Source: Candidatus Hydrogenedentota bacterium
Lineage (GTDB): Bacteria > Hydrogenedentota > Hydrogenedentia > Hydrogenedentales > SLHB01
Direction of reading: 5' to 3'
Length of the DNA: 64,000 nt
NCBI GenBank assembly: GCA_963745075.1
Contig: CAVUWV010000017.1
Location: forward strand, 32,001-96,000
How positions within the stretch are numbered: the stretch's first letter is position 1; every line of letters begins with the position of its first letter. Under the pieces are notes generated by a model. The model did not search any database. It had not been told where the DNA came from and was given only the letters and a program-made list of their open reading frames with translations. Shown piece after piece: positions 50,601 to 59,908 of the stretch. Both the position numbers and the translations under genes were made by a program.

Positions 50601-50913
50601 GGTTATGCTGACGACCGTTACCACCGTCGGAGGCTTGACACCGCTCATTATGGAGCAGGACTTGCAGGCTCAGTTCCTGATTCCTATGGCGGTTACGATT
50701 GCCGCGGGTGTGGCATTTGCCACGCTGCTCACGCTGCTGTTCATCCCGTGTATGCTCGGTGTCTTAAGCGACTTCCGGCGAATCTTCCATTACCTGAGAT
50801 ATCGAACCTGGGTCGCCGCGGAAGATTTGGAACCGGCCCGCAGACGATACGTCGACGAGGATGACGCCGGATCTTCCGGCGCGACTCCTCAGACCGTCGC
50901 GATCGGAAAGTAA
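47671..50913 (+). CDS. RND efflux permease (AcrB/AcrD/AcrF family)
   Basis: GIIVDDAIVVGE, GVVVNDAIV, RFRAVMLT; 1080 aa. Confidence 0.95.
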   Translation: MKALIRRLISNNVFANVVLIIIIITGIVSAKRMVREFFPEFSVETIFVEVPYPGADPEEVEEGISRKIEEEVDSLEGIKRYTTVSSENIARTIIEVREDYPVDEVYDRVRNAVDSISTFPVDAEKPILSQLTLRNEVLYLALWGNQSERVMKEWAERIKDELQQLPGLSQVTVFGTRDYEISIEVSEDRLREYGLSFDQVASAVRRGSMNLSAGTIRTQDEEIRLRTIGRSYTGADFAKIVVLAKPDGDIITLDRVADIRDGFTEDPIEATFNGEPAVMLGIYKTQEEDAIAIADTVTEYMKEKTPSLPEGVHISPWSNRSDLIRDRISLLTRNGIMGLCLVFILLWTFLDLRLSFWVAMGIPISLSGAMALMYMVGGTINMISLFGLIMVLGIIVDDAIVVGEAIYVHRKNGDPPLTAAVNGVCEVGLPVIAAVLTTVVAFIPLGFVGGVMGKFIAILPLVVIAALLVSLIEGLFLLPAHLSHLPDMNADVGPGHPWKRRAKRIRRGISNGLEYFADHIYRPFAEKTIRWRYITFSIAICAMLLATGLFEAGFLHFVMFSRVDGNDVVASIEFPQGTPFEVTRDAVEKTQKALERVATKMETISGDPLIQNIYAVTGEAGEGFEARQGPNMGSVRVELLPTEKRGIYSEDINVAWEKEVGPIPGALSQTFTGLESGPPGSAIEVWLQGEDMDVLLAAAEQIKDKLRAYDGVYQISDDFRPGKNELQFNIKPEARALGLTLDDLARQVYAGYFGEEALRLQRGRDDIRVRVRYTEDERRTVADLDKVRIRTPQGYEVPLFSVADVKYARGFSSITRVDGLRLVKVTAEVDTKRANADNVLNDLEESGYLPNLRKQIPGFSYAFEGPKKDSRDAFAGLAIGFPIAMFGIYIIIATIFRSYIQPLIVMITVPFGFIGAMLGHLALGYDLTIMSVFGMVALAGVVVNDAIVLIECFNALIAEGVPFFEALPRAGARRFRAVMLTTVTTVGGLTPLIMEQDLQAQFLIPMAVTIAAGVAFATLLTLLFIPCMLGVLSDFRRIFHYLRYRTWVAAEDLEPARRRYVDEDDAGSSGATPQTVAIGK

Positions 50914-50966
50914 TTCCTGGCCGGACGCAGGGTACGGCTACCATTGTTTTGCAGAAGGATGAGAAC

Positions 50967-52679
50967 ATGACCCAAACCCTCGTTGCCTTTACCTTGGTGT
51001 TGACACAGTCGTTCGTTCCGGCGGCCGCGGATTCGCCGGAATCCTCCGGGGATTCCACAGCAACCCAGAGTGTCGAGTCCATTGAGGGGGAATCGAAAAC
51101 CCCGTTGAAGGCCTTGGCGCCTCTCGATTCAGAGTCTACGGAAGGCAAAACCATCTTGGATCTGGACATGGCCGAACAGTTGGCCATCGCAGACAACCCT
51201 TCTCTGAAGGCTGCGGAAGCGCGAATCGCGCAGGCGAAAGCCCGCGTACGCCAAGCTATGGCGCAATGGTATCCGCAGCTCGATCTCCTGGCCTCGGCGA
51301 CCGATACCTGGCTTTCCGAACGGGACTATCTGAACGCGAAACGCGCCGCCTCGAATGGTCTCTGGTCCCAATGGGCCTTGGGTACGCAATCCCGCCTTCA
51401 GGGACAAATTGTGTCGAACGTCAGCCAGGTCTTGAATGGCATTACATCCCTCGTGCTTCCGAATTCCGGTCAGGGGACTCAGCAGGGGTACGGCGCGTCA
51501 ACACCGGCGTTGACCAACGCCCAAATCACGCAAGACTTTCTCGACACGGGTCTGATGAGCATCAAGAGCCGCGGATTGGTGGACGATTCCTATGAGAGTT
51601 ACAGCATACGCCTCGTCGCTTCGTGGATGATGTTCAACGGATTCGAGCGTAAGTTCGCTATTGCCGAGGCCAAATATGGCGCCAAGGAGTTGGAGTCCGC
51701 GTTCGAGGAGGCACAACGGTTGCTGCTCTCTGCGGTTGCGCAGACTTTTCACTCCGCGCAACTCGCTCGCGAGAATATCCGCATCGCCGAGGCCGACCAG
51801 TCATTCAATGAACGCCAGTTGAAAGAAGCGAAAGCGCGCCGTCGGGTGGGCACGGGATCCCTCAGCGACGAACTCAACTTCGAGGTGCGGGTGAACGCGG
51901 CCCGCGCAAACCTCATTCAGGCCTACCAGGACTACAACGTCGCGCTTATTGCCTTGTCTGAACTGCTGGCATTTCCCGATGCGCGGTTCCCAGAAGACTA
52001 CGCACTCGCGCCATTGCAACCCGAAACGCTGGAAGATCTCAATCCCCCCGATCCGGATGGGTTGGTTACGGTGGCCAAGTCCACCCGGCCCGATCTGGCC
52101 GGCAGCGAATACGCTGTCAAGCGAACGGACGCTGGCGTCGGACGGGCAAAGGCCCCGTTCTATCCCACCGTCACCGCGCAAGCCTCCAAGGACGGATTTC
52201 GGTCGGACAACTACAAGTTCGGGGAGAAGGATTTTGCCACCTCCGTGGGCGTCAACCTTCGGTACAACCTGTACGCCGGTGGCAGCAAAGGCGCCCGCGT
52301 CACCGAGGCCAAGGCACAGCGGACGGAAGCCGAACACCTGCTGCACGACACGAAGCTGGCCGTCGCCAGTGAGGTGCGTCGTGCCGTCGAGCAGCTCCGC
52401 GCCGCCCAGGAACAACTGGTCCTGCAACGGGCCAATGCCGTATTCGTTCAACGCAACCGCGACCTCGTGGAGAAAGAGTACCGGGGCGGCGTCGGTTCGT
52501 TGGTCCGGTTGAACGAAGCCCAGCGGGATCTCGTATCCGCGGAGGGCACCTTGGCCACCGCTCGCGTTCAACTCCGCCAGGCGTGGTACGACGTGCACAC
52601 GGCCACCGGGGAAACGATAACGTCCTTCATATCGGACGGTGTCGACACGACGGTGGTGGAACCGAACGCGGACGAGTAA
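50967..52679 (+). CDS. TolC family outer membrane factor
   Basis: Two OEP repeats (DNPSL..WYPQL; RPDL..FYPTV). Confidence 0.9.
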   Translation: MTQTLVAFTLVLTQSFVPAAADSPESSGDSTATQSVESIEGESKTPLKALAPLDSESTEGKTILDLDMAEQLAIADNPSLKAAEARIAQAKARVRQAMAQWYPQLDLLASATDTWLSERDYLNAKRAASNGLWSQWALGTQSRLQGQIVSNVSQVLNGITSLVLPNSGQGTQQGYGASTPALTNAQITQDFLDTGLMSIKSRGLVDDSYESYSIRLVASWMMFNGFERKFAIAEAKYGAKELESAFEEAQRLLLSAVAQTFHSAQLARENIRIAEADQSFNERQLKEAKARRRVGTGSLSDELNFEVRVNAARANLIQAYQDYNVALIALSELLAFPDARFPEDYALAPLQPETLEDLNPPDPDGLVTVAKSTRPDLAGSEYAVKRTDAGVGRAKAPFYPTVTAQASKDGFRSDNYKFGEKDFATSVGVNLRYNLYAGGSKGARVTEAKAQRTEAEHLLHDTKLAVASEVRRAVEQLRAAQEQLVLQRANAVFVQRNRDLVEKEYRGGVGSLVRLNEAQRDLVSAEGTLATARVQLRQAWYDVHTATGETITSFISDGVDTTVVEPNADE

Positions 52680-52686
52680 CGAAAGG

Positions 52687-54804
52687 TCACGGCGTCCACT
52701 CGGGCAACGATGTAACCCAGTCCTCGTACGTCTGCCGGATGGCGTCGGCACTCTCGAACGGAACGTAGCGCATCCGCGCCCGGTACCCGTAGGTTTTACC
52801 CGGCTGCGGATCGCGTATCACGAATTGCCAGTCCCATGCCGGCGAATGCGGGTCGAATTCGCCAGCGGCGTTCTTAATGAAATTCCAAAGCGCGAGCCGC
52901 ATCGGCTCTTTCCGGTCGAACATCATCACGTAGGCCATCGTGTCGTCGCGCGTTTCCGCGTTGCCGTCGCCGTCCACCAACCCGTAGTAAAACGGCAACA
53001 GAAACTTCTTGCGCGGATTCTCAATGAGGTTCAGGGTCTGCGCCCCTTCTTCGTATGGCAGATCCGGCACGCCCTGATACGACAAGGTCCCGGTCTCGAA
53101 ACCGTCGTCCGTATCCTCGCCGAAGGCAAACCATCCTTCCCGGTCTCCGTCCATTCCGTAAAGGTGATACTGCCTTTCCCGGGTGTGGTTCATGTAGCTC
53201 GCCCACATGAACGCCGCGAACCCCAGCGGAAACCGATCCCGCGTCGGCGTTGCCCGGAATTCAATATCCACCGCGTCGCCGTGGAACGAGAACGTCATGT
53301 CGCTTTCGATGCCCCAGGTGTTACCTTCCGCGGGGTAGTGGATGGTCGCCGTTGCCGGCCCCTGTGAGGTGACCGTGTGGGGATCCGCGTTGGGTGTGAA
53401 CATGGCGAGGTCGTGGTCCGCCTCCGTTCCGTTGAAGATATGTTCGAAATACAGCCCTGTCGCGTCGTCCCGGAACAGGTTCTGATCGGGATACGCGCTG
53501 TGGCGAAGCGGGTTGAAGCCATTTCCCGAGCGCCGGGTGTTGGCCGTTGCGTCGAGTACGCGTCCCCGGAAGTTCCCGCCCGCGAGATCGACTTTATGAC
53601 CGCCCTCCGCGTACAGCCGGATACGATGATTCGCCAGTTGGATCGCGCGCAGGAACGGTTTCCGGTCGTTGTCCGGCGTAACGTTGATGCTATCGTCTTG
53701 CCGGGGGTAGTCGTAGACCCACAGCGCAGATAAGGGGACCTCGTTTAGTTCCAGGTCGGTAATCAGTTGGAGTACTTCCCGCCGCGCCTTGTCCGGTCCG
53801 CCATGCTCCGCGTCGTCAGGCGCGCCGAATTCTCCCACGAAGAGCGCTTTGTGTGCCGATTTGCATGCTTCCATGCTGAGAGACAGCAGTTCATCGTACG
53901 AGGTATACGGCTGGCCGAACCGCTCCCCGTGGACGTGGGGATATACATGGATGGATACGAGATCCAGCGGATCCGGATTCTCATAGAGAAGCGATTGCTT
54001 GAACTCCTCTTTCGAGTCGTGCGTCCACGACAGGTCTTGACGCTGATGCAATGCCGACGGCCGCGGCAGGCTGTTCCCCGATGTGATCGGTCGATGCGGG
54101 TCCAGTTCGCGCACGGTCTTGGCGAACTCCTGCAGTGCGGTGATCAGCATCGGTCCCGTCAAATCGTCCGCTTCGCTGCGCTCGGTAGGCGTTCCCATCT
54201 TGGGAACGACCCACGGCCGATGATCCGCCGCATTGGGCAAATCGATCGCGAGGTCGTATTCATTGCCGAATTCCCACGCCCAAATCGTCGGGGAATCGAG
54301 GTACCGCTGAACGACCTCCCGCGTGTACGCCCGCATGAAGGCGATGGTCTTGCTGTCCGGATTCCCCCACTGGTTGCGTGGTTCGCCTACCAGATCCGGC
54401 ACGACCCCATTCCACCAGAAGAGGCTCGGAATCAGTCCCACGCCCGCCTCATCCGCCGCGTCGACCACGGCGTCGAGACGCGCGAAATAAGCCTCACGGT
54501 CTTCCTGATACAACTTCCAGTCCGACGGCCAGAACCCGCAGGCCATGAACCGGGCGAAGGGAATGTCGCGCTCAGCCAGTGCCTGGAAACCCTCGCGGAA
54601 GCTGGTGTCATTGGGATCGGCCAGGGTCCGGCTGAATGCGCTGAAATAATTGACCCCGACCCCACGATAGCGGGCGCCATCCTTCAAGAGTGCGCCATCC
54701 GCGCTGATAGTGAGCGTTGCGGGGTTGGCATCGTCCGCCGCGGCTGTACCTGACGCGACCAACAGCACGGCAACCGTCCACCCAATCCAATGCGACATTT
54801 CCAT
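52687..54804 (-). CDS. Secreted GH5-like glycoside hydrolase with an additional ~300-aa C-terminal domain
   Basis: Signal peptide; GVNYF, WEFGNE (acid/base), SIHVY, VGEFG (nucleophile). Confidence 0.82.
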   Translation of the reverse strand: MEMSHWIGWTVAVLLVASGTAAADDANPATLTISADGALLKDGARYRGVGVNYFSAFSRTLADPNDTSFREGFQALAERDIPFARFMACGFWPSDWKLYQEDREAYFARLDAVVDAADEAGVGLIPSLFWWNGVVPDLVGEPRNQWGNPDSKTIAFMRAYTREVVQRYLDSPTIWAWEFGNEYDLAIDLPNAADHRPWVVPKMGTPTERSEADDLTGPMLITALQEFAKTVRELDPHRPITSGNSLPRPSALHQRQDLSWTHDSKEEFKQSLLYENPDPLDLVSIHVYPHVHGERFGQPYTSYDELLSLSMEACKSAHKALFVGEFGAPDDAEHGGPDKARREVLQLITDLELNEVPLSALWVYDYPRQDDSINVTPDNDRKPFLRAIQLANHRIRLYAEGGHKVDLAGGNFRGRVLDATANTRRSGNGFNPLRHSAYPDQNLFRDDATGLYFEHIFNGTEADHDLAMFTPNADPHTVTSQGPATATIHYPAEGNTWGIESDMTFSFHGDAVDIEFRATPTRDRFPLGFAAFMWASYMNHTRERQYHLYGMDGDREGWFAFGEDTDDGFETGTLSYQGVPDLPYEEGAQTLNLIENPRKKFLLPFYYGLVDGDGNAETRDDTMAYVMMFDRKEPMRLALWNFIKNAAGEFDPHSPAWDWQFVIRDPQPGKTYGYRARMRYVPFESADAIRQTYEDWVTSLPEWTP

Positions 54805-54954
54805 TCTCTCCCCTGATACGCAGCCTGCGACTTCTCGATAGTCCCGAATCCTACCGGTTTCCGTTGGGTTCCCGCCAATCGGGTCTCATTGATGAGGTTT
54901 GAGGGCTGTGATACGATTAATGGTCTCAGGAAACTATGCGTGGAGGCTAGGCGG

Positions 54955-55680
54955 ATGCGTTCCGTACTTGTACTGTGTATTGTAGTTGGGACGGCGTACG
55001 TCCCGGCCAGAGCACAAGGTGTTGTGGGCGACCTGATCGCGGGAAAACTCGTCGACCCTCAAGTAGGCCAATGGGCTTGGTACGATCTCGTCGCGGGCCG
55101 CGAGAAGAAAAAATTCGTCGTCCGCCAGGCCATCGTCGGCGAGGAGAAAGTGGGCCGCAAGACGGGTTACTGGGTGGAAGTCGAGGTGGTTCCGGAGGTC
55201 GGCTACCGCGTCGTTTACAAGATGCTGCTGACGGGGCCCGCGAGCGACCCCGAGAATATTGCCCGTGCGATCGAGAAATCGGGTCCCGACCCCGCGGTCG
55301 AGGTCGACTTGGAGAAAGCCCGCGGCCAGAATGCTCCCGACGCGCCAAAAGTAAAACGAGAGACGGTTGGCAGCGAGGATGTGGAAACGCTGAACGGCAC
55401 GATCCGCGCGGAACACTATGAAGTAACCCAGGGCGATCAAACGATGCAGCTCTGGACGAGTGACAAGATTAAGCCGACCGGCGTCGTGAAGCTTCAATCA
55501 CTGGATGGCGTGATGGTGCTCCGCAATCACGGGGAAGGGGGCGAGTACGCCCACAGCATCATTGTGGAGACGCCGCTCTCTGCGGAGGAGGCGGCCAAGA
55601 TTCAGACCCCGGAATCCGGAGCCACTCCGCCAATCGAAACCCATACCAGCGTCGGAAACGACTCGGCCACGGAGAAATAA
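54955..55680 (+). CDS. Secreted hypothetical protein
   Basis: GGAGG SD; signal peptide ending ARA. Confidence 0.75.
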   Translation: MRSVLVLCIVVGTAYVPARAQGVVGDLIAGKLVDPQVGQWAWYDLVAGREKKKFVVRQAIVGEEKVGRKTGYWVEVEVVPEVGYRVVYKMLLTGPASDPENIARAIEKSGPDPAVEVDLEKARGQNAPDAPKVKRETVGSEDVETLNGTIRAEHYEVTQGDQTMQLWTSDKIKPTGVVKLQSLDGVMVLRNHGEGGEYAHSIIVETPLSAEEAAKIQTPESGATPPIETHTSVGNDSATEK

Positions 55681-55692
55681 CCCGGTGGGAGA

Positions 55693-56427
55693 ATGATTAT
55701 GAAAGTGCAGATCGGTGTGCTCGCGGTATGCCTGTGCGTCATGTTGACCGCGTGTCAGACTCCCCGGAAGCCGGAACCTCCCCCGCCGCAGCAAGCCTAC
55801 GTGCGTTTTGAACCGGCTTGGGCCGTGTCGCCCGTTCATCGCGGCGACGGCCGCTACGGCGACCTTTTCAGCGGTGAGTCGCGCGGCGTCTGGGTCACGC
55901 CGGAAGTCTCGGATATGAAGAAGGAGGCGGCTACCGCGCCAAGTCCCGCACCACCCCATATCGACGAGGACGCCCAGGCGCTTTCCGATGCCTACATCGT
56001 GATCGAGTGCCACTTGGTATCGGAATTCAGCGACATGAGCATAGCCTATGACGCGGTACGGCTGCGGGGCATCGAAATGTATTTGGAAGCGCCCGACGGC
56101 ACCCACTTGAAGCCGATTCAGACGAGGAGTTTCGGGACCGTCGAGGAATCCCCGATCGATGCGCTGAAGCGGTTCTCCTTGACCACCGTGGTTATCTTTC
56201 CCCGAGACAATCTGTTGGTGGGAATGCCGGCGCTGAGTGCCCAGGCCAAGAGTGTGCGACTGGTCTTCGAGGGGTACGACAGCACGTACTATTTCGAGTG
56301 GGCTGCCATGCCCACGGACCAGCCGGGGATCCGGCCGCCTACGCCCGAGGAGTCCATCTACATTACCAAGCTGGGCTACTACGAATTGTACGGCGGAATC
56401 CGGCGCCTGGCGCATATCTTTGACTGA
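55693..56427 (+). CDS. Hypothetical lipoprotein
   Basis: LTAC lipobox. Confidence 0.75.
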   Translation: MIMKVQIGVLAVCLCVMLTACQTPRKPEPPPPQQAYVRFEPAWAVSPVHRGDGRYGDLFSGESRGVWVTPEVSDMKKEAATAPSPAPPHIDEDAQALSDAYIVIECHLVSEFSDMSIAYDAVRLRGIEMYLEAPDGTHLKPIQTRSFGTVEESPIDALKRFSLTTVVIFPRDNLLVGMPALSAQAKSVRLVFEGYDSTYYFEWAAMPTDQPGIRPPTPEESIYITKLGYYELYGGIRRLAHIFD

Positions 56428-56466
56428 CGTGCGAGCGGGTTCGCTCAACTCCCCGGAGACCGATTC

Positions 56467-57228
56467 GTGCGATTCCTGCTGAAGACAGCGGTCACCGGGA
56501 CCGGGTTGGTCCTGATTTTCATCGGTGTCGCGGCACTGTTTCTCATGACGCAGCTCGACGGAGCAGTCCAGTCCGCCATCGAGCGCAGCCTGTCGTACAT
56601 TTACCAGACGCAGGTGCACGTAGATAAGGTTACATTTGTGATATCCCAGGGCGCCATGGACCTCGAGGGCCTGACCATTTCCAATCCGGAACCGTTCAAA
56701 GAAGGGCCGGCGGTGGAGATCAGCCATGTCCATTTGGAATTCAAACCGTCGACGCTTTTCACCCGGACGCCCGTCATCGAAATGGTCACCCTCCACAACG
56801 CGCGCGTGCACTTGCGCCTCGAAACGGGGCACGGCACGAATCTCGGGCGGCTGGACGCCAACGCGTCCCGCCTGTCCGGAGAGCCGGACGTCGCCGCGCC
56901 GCCGACCGCGCGCCGGAAGTTCGTGATTCGCGAATTCCGTAGCGACGCCGCGCGCGTCGAGTTTTCATCGAATATCTTGCCGGTTTCATCCGTCGGAATG
57001 GATGTCAAGCCGTTTACCATGAACGAGTTGAGCAGCACGAAACCGGTATCCACCATTGATGTCTGCGTTTTGTTCATGCGAAACGTTCTCAAGGAAGGCC
57101 TCTCCATCAAAGGAGTCCTCGGACCGGTTGCCGATCGCCTGCGCGCGGAGTTTGGGCGAGGCACTACCGGCGCCGCCGATTCTACGGATGCCGAAGAAGA
57201 GGGGCAGCCGCGTGCCCCGGCCCAATGA
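56467..57228 (+). CDS. AsmA/DUF748-like protein
   Basis: N-terminal TM helix; GLTISNP; GTNL motif. Confidence 0.7.
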   Translation: MRFLLKTAVTGTGLVLIFIGVAALFLMTQLDGAVQSAIERSLSYIYQTQVHVDKVTFVISQGAMDLEGLTISNPEPFKEGPAVEISHVHLEFKPSTLFTRTPVIEMVTLHNARVHLRLETGHGTNLGRLDANASRLSGEPDVAAPPTARRKFVIREFRSDAARVEFSSNILPVSSVGMDVKPFTMNELSSTKPVSTIDVCVLFMRNVLKEGLSIKGVLGPVADRLRAEFGRGTTGAADSTDAEEEGQPRAPAQ

Positions 57229-57265
57229 CCGGATCGTGTTCCCATAACTGTCTGGAGGATAAGCG

Positions 57266-57586
57266 ATGGCTGTAAGACAATATAGAAAGATGGTAATTGC
57301 CGCATTTATGACCGGCGCTCTCGTGGGTGCAACCCTGGTGGGCGTATCCGTGCGGCCGGTCGCCCATGCCGACACCTCGACCCTGCCCGGAATCTTTCAA
57401 GTGGGCGCCCAATTGAAAAGCCCTCTCGGTCCCGTGGAAATCCTTGAGATCCAAGGCGAATGGATTTGCGTGAAAAGTCTTCACGCTTTGGCCTCCACCA
57501 ATTCAGAACACGAGTGGATGTACGTGCCGTCTATCGCGGGCACCTGGATTCCGAAGGATGGCTCGGAGAGCGCTATTGCGCGCTAG
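57266..57586 (+). CDS. Small secreted hypothetical protein
   Basis: GGAGG SD; signal ending AHA. Confidence 0.65.
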   Translation: MAVRQYRKMVIAAFMTGALVGATLVGVSVRPVAHADTSTLPGIFQVGAQLKSPLGPVEILEIQGEWICVKSLHALASTNSEHEWMYVPSIAGTWIPKDGSESAIAR

Positions 57587-57619
57587 TGCGCGCACGGGAC
57601 TTGACGCCGTGAGGAGACC

Positions 57620-58411
57620 ATGACGCCGCAACTTCTTCTTATTCGAATTGCACCGATCCTGTTACTGGCAGTTTCATCCGTACATGCTCAGGCGCTTTCC
57701 AACACCGACGAACGGCTCAAGGCCGATTCCCTGGTCATGAAGCGGATCGAATTGGTGCAGATTCCGACATTGACAACCGCCTTCGAGGCTAGTCTCGTGA
57801 CCGCCCAACTTGCGGGCGGCAAACGAATCGTGACCCTGCGGCGCAAGAGCGACGCGGAGTTTGCCGCATTGGACTGGTTCGGTCTCCGGGACAGCGATGT
57901 GATTGAACGCGTGAACGGCGTCGTTCCACGCGACCGGAATTCGGTGCTCGAACCGCTGCGCGCGCTCAACGCGGGCGATGAATTCACCTTGGCGGTCTTG
58001 CGCGATGGAAAGCGCAGCGTACACGTGTTGCAGGCCCACGGCGCCGATCCGGCGCAGGAACAAACTGAATCCGAACGGGACGACGACGTGCAGGTCCTCA
58101 GCGAGGACGACCTGGAAGCGGAGTTCAATAAACAGGATCCCTGGAACCTGCTGACCACCGCCGCGCCGACCATGGCGTACAGCGCCGACGGCAAGGTAAT
58201 TGGCGTGACCTCGTCTTCGATCGGCAACATGCCGCTGGCCCGAATGCTGGGAATCCAAAACGGTGATATCATTCAATCGGTCAACGGCTATCCCATCAAC
58301 AGCGAATTGGCGATCTTTAATCTCGTCAACCGGCTGAACGGACAACGCACGTTCGTGGCAAATATCTTGCGCAATGGCAAACCCGTTACGTTAAGATACC
58401 GCGTCAAATAA
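57620..58411 (+). CDS. Secreted tandem PDZ protein (GspC-like PDZ)
   Basis: FGLRDSDVIERVNG and LGIQNGDIIQSVNG..LRNGK motifs. Confidence 0.78.
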   Translation: MTPQLLLIRIAPILLLAVSSVHAQALSNTDERLKADSLVMKRIELVQIPTLTTAFEASLVTAQLAGGKRIVTLRRKSDAEFAALDWFGLRDSDVIERVNGVVPRDRNSVLEPLRALNAGDEFTLAVLRDGKRSVHVLQAHGADPAQEQTESERDDDVQVLSEDDLEAEFNKQDPWNLLTTAAPTMAYSADGKVIGVTSSSIGNMPLARMLGIQNGDIIQSVNGYPINSELAIFNLVNRLNGQRTFVANILRNGKPVTLRYRVK

Positions 58412-58501
58412 CACGCACGGCGCGGTCCGGGGCAGCGGGGGAATAGCACGAAACCCGAGTCGGAATCCCGCGGTTAGACCGCGTTCTTTTGAGGAGGAAG
58501 T

Positions 58502-59786
58502 ATGGATTTCACGCGATCCAAGGAGTTATTCAAACAGGCCAACCAAGTCATGGTCGGCGGAGTAAACAGTCCCGTTCGGGCGTTCAAAGGGGTCGGCGGC
58601 GATCCCTTCTTTGTGGCGTCCGGAGCGGGCGCGCGGATTATGGACGTTGACGGAAACGAATACGTCGACTACGTGCTTTCCTGGGGCCCGTTGGTTTTGG
58701 GCCACGCGCATCCGCGGGTAGTCGAGGCGGTCTCGGATGCCATGAAACGCGGATCGAGTTTTGGGATCCCGACCGAAGCTGAAGTGCGGCTGGCCGAGCG
58801 CATCATTGAACTCGTGCCGTCCATCGAGAAGGTCCGTCTGGTGAACAGCGGGACCGAAGCCTCGATGAGTGCCATCCGGCTGGCCCGGGGATACACGAAA
58901 CGCGACCTCGTGGTCAAAGTGGAGGGCTGCTATCACGGTCACGTGGACGGACTGCTCGTCAAAGCGGGCAGCGGCCTGACCACGCTCGGCGTGCCGACGA
59001 GCCCGGGAATCCCCGAGGCCTATGCCTCGTGCACGCTGACTATTCCCTTCAACGACATCGAAGCGGCGAGAGCCGTCTTCGAGAAGCGCGGCGACTCCAT
59101 TGCCTGCATCGTCGTCGAACCGGTGGCCGGCAATATGGGCGTGATTCCTCCCGAGCCGAACTACCTGAACGGACTGCGGAAACTCGCGGATAAGTACGGA
59201 TCCCTACTTATCTTCGATGAAGTAATGACCGGTTTCCGGGTCGCCTTGGGCGGCGCACAGTCGCACTACAACGTGCTCCCGGATTTGACGATTCTAGGCA
59301 AGGTGATTGGCGGCGGACTGCCCGTCGGGGCCTATGGTGGACCCCACGCGATCATGGACCACGTGTCGCCCACCGGCCCGGTCTATCAGGCCGGTACCTT
59401 GTCCGGGAACCCCCTTGCGACCGCCGCCGGGCTTGCGACGCTGGAGGTCTTGTCGGAACCCGGAACCGTACCTAAGATTCGAAGATTCCCTGGCCAAACT
59501 GGGCCAAGGTCTCGGTGCATTGGCAACGGAAGCGGGCGTTCCCGTGTATCAGACGCGGGTTGGCTCCATGGCTTGTACCTTCTTCCAGGATGGTCCGGTC
59601 ACCAATTACGCCGAGGCGACCGCCTCCGATACGGAACGCTATGCAAAGTTTTTCTGGGGAATGCTCGAACGAGGGGTGTACTTGGCGCCGTCCCAATTCG
59701 AAGCCGCCTTCATGAGTTCAGCCCATACGGATCGGGATTTGGACCAGACCCTCACCGCAGCCAAAGAGACCTTTGCGACCTTGTAG
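58502..59786 (+). CDS. hemL: Glutamate-1-semialdehyde 2,1-aminomutase, with a +1 frameshift near 59467
   Basis: [39 protein letters not shown]; the C-terminus ([11 protein letters not shown]) is in another frame. Corrected length 427 aa. Confidence 0.95.
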
Positions 59787-59837
59787 AGATCTGTGTGCGC
59801 AGCGGCCCGGGTCCGTGAAGGTCCGTGTAAATCCCTC

Positions 59838-59880
59838 AAAAGAAACCGGGAGGACGCGTCAATCAATCGCGTCCTCCCGG
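59838..59880 (-). terminator. Terminator hairpin for the CsgG-like gene (possibly bidirectional)
   Basis: 13-bp stem CCGGGAGGACGCG/CGCGTCCTCCCGG followed by TTTCTTTT on the minus strand. Confidence 0.8.
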
Positions 59881-59908
59881 CTAATTCAACCGATATCTTC
59901 GGGCCCCG

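Noticed and set aside
59480..59818. Novel C-terminus of HemL as shown in the ORF track
   Set aside because: Artefact of the frameshift; the canonical C-terminus is in the alternative frame ending at 59786.
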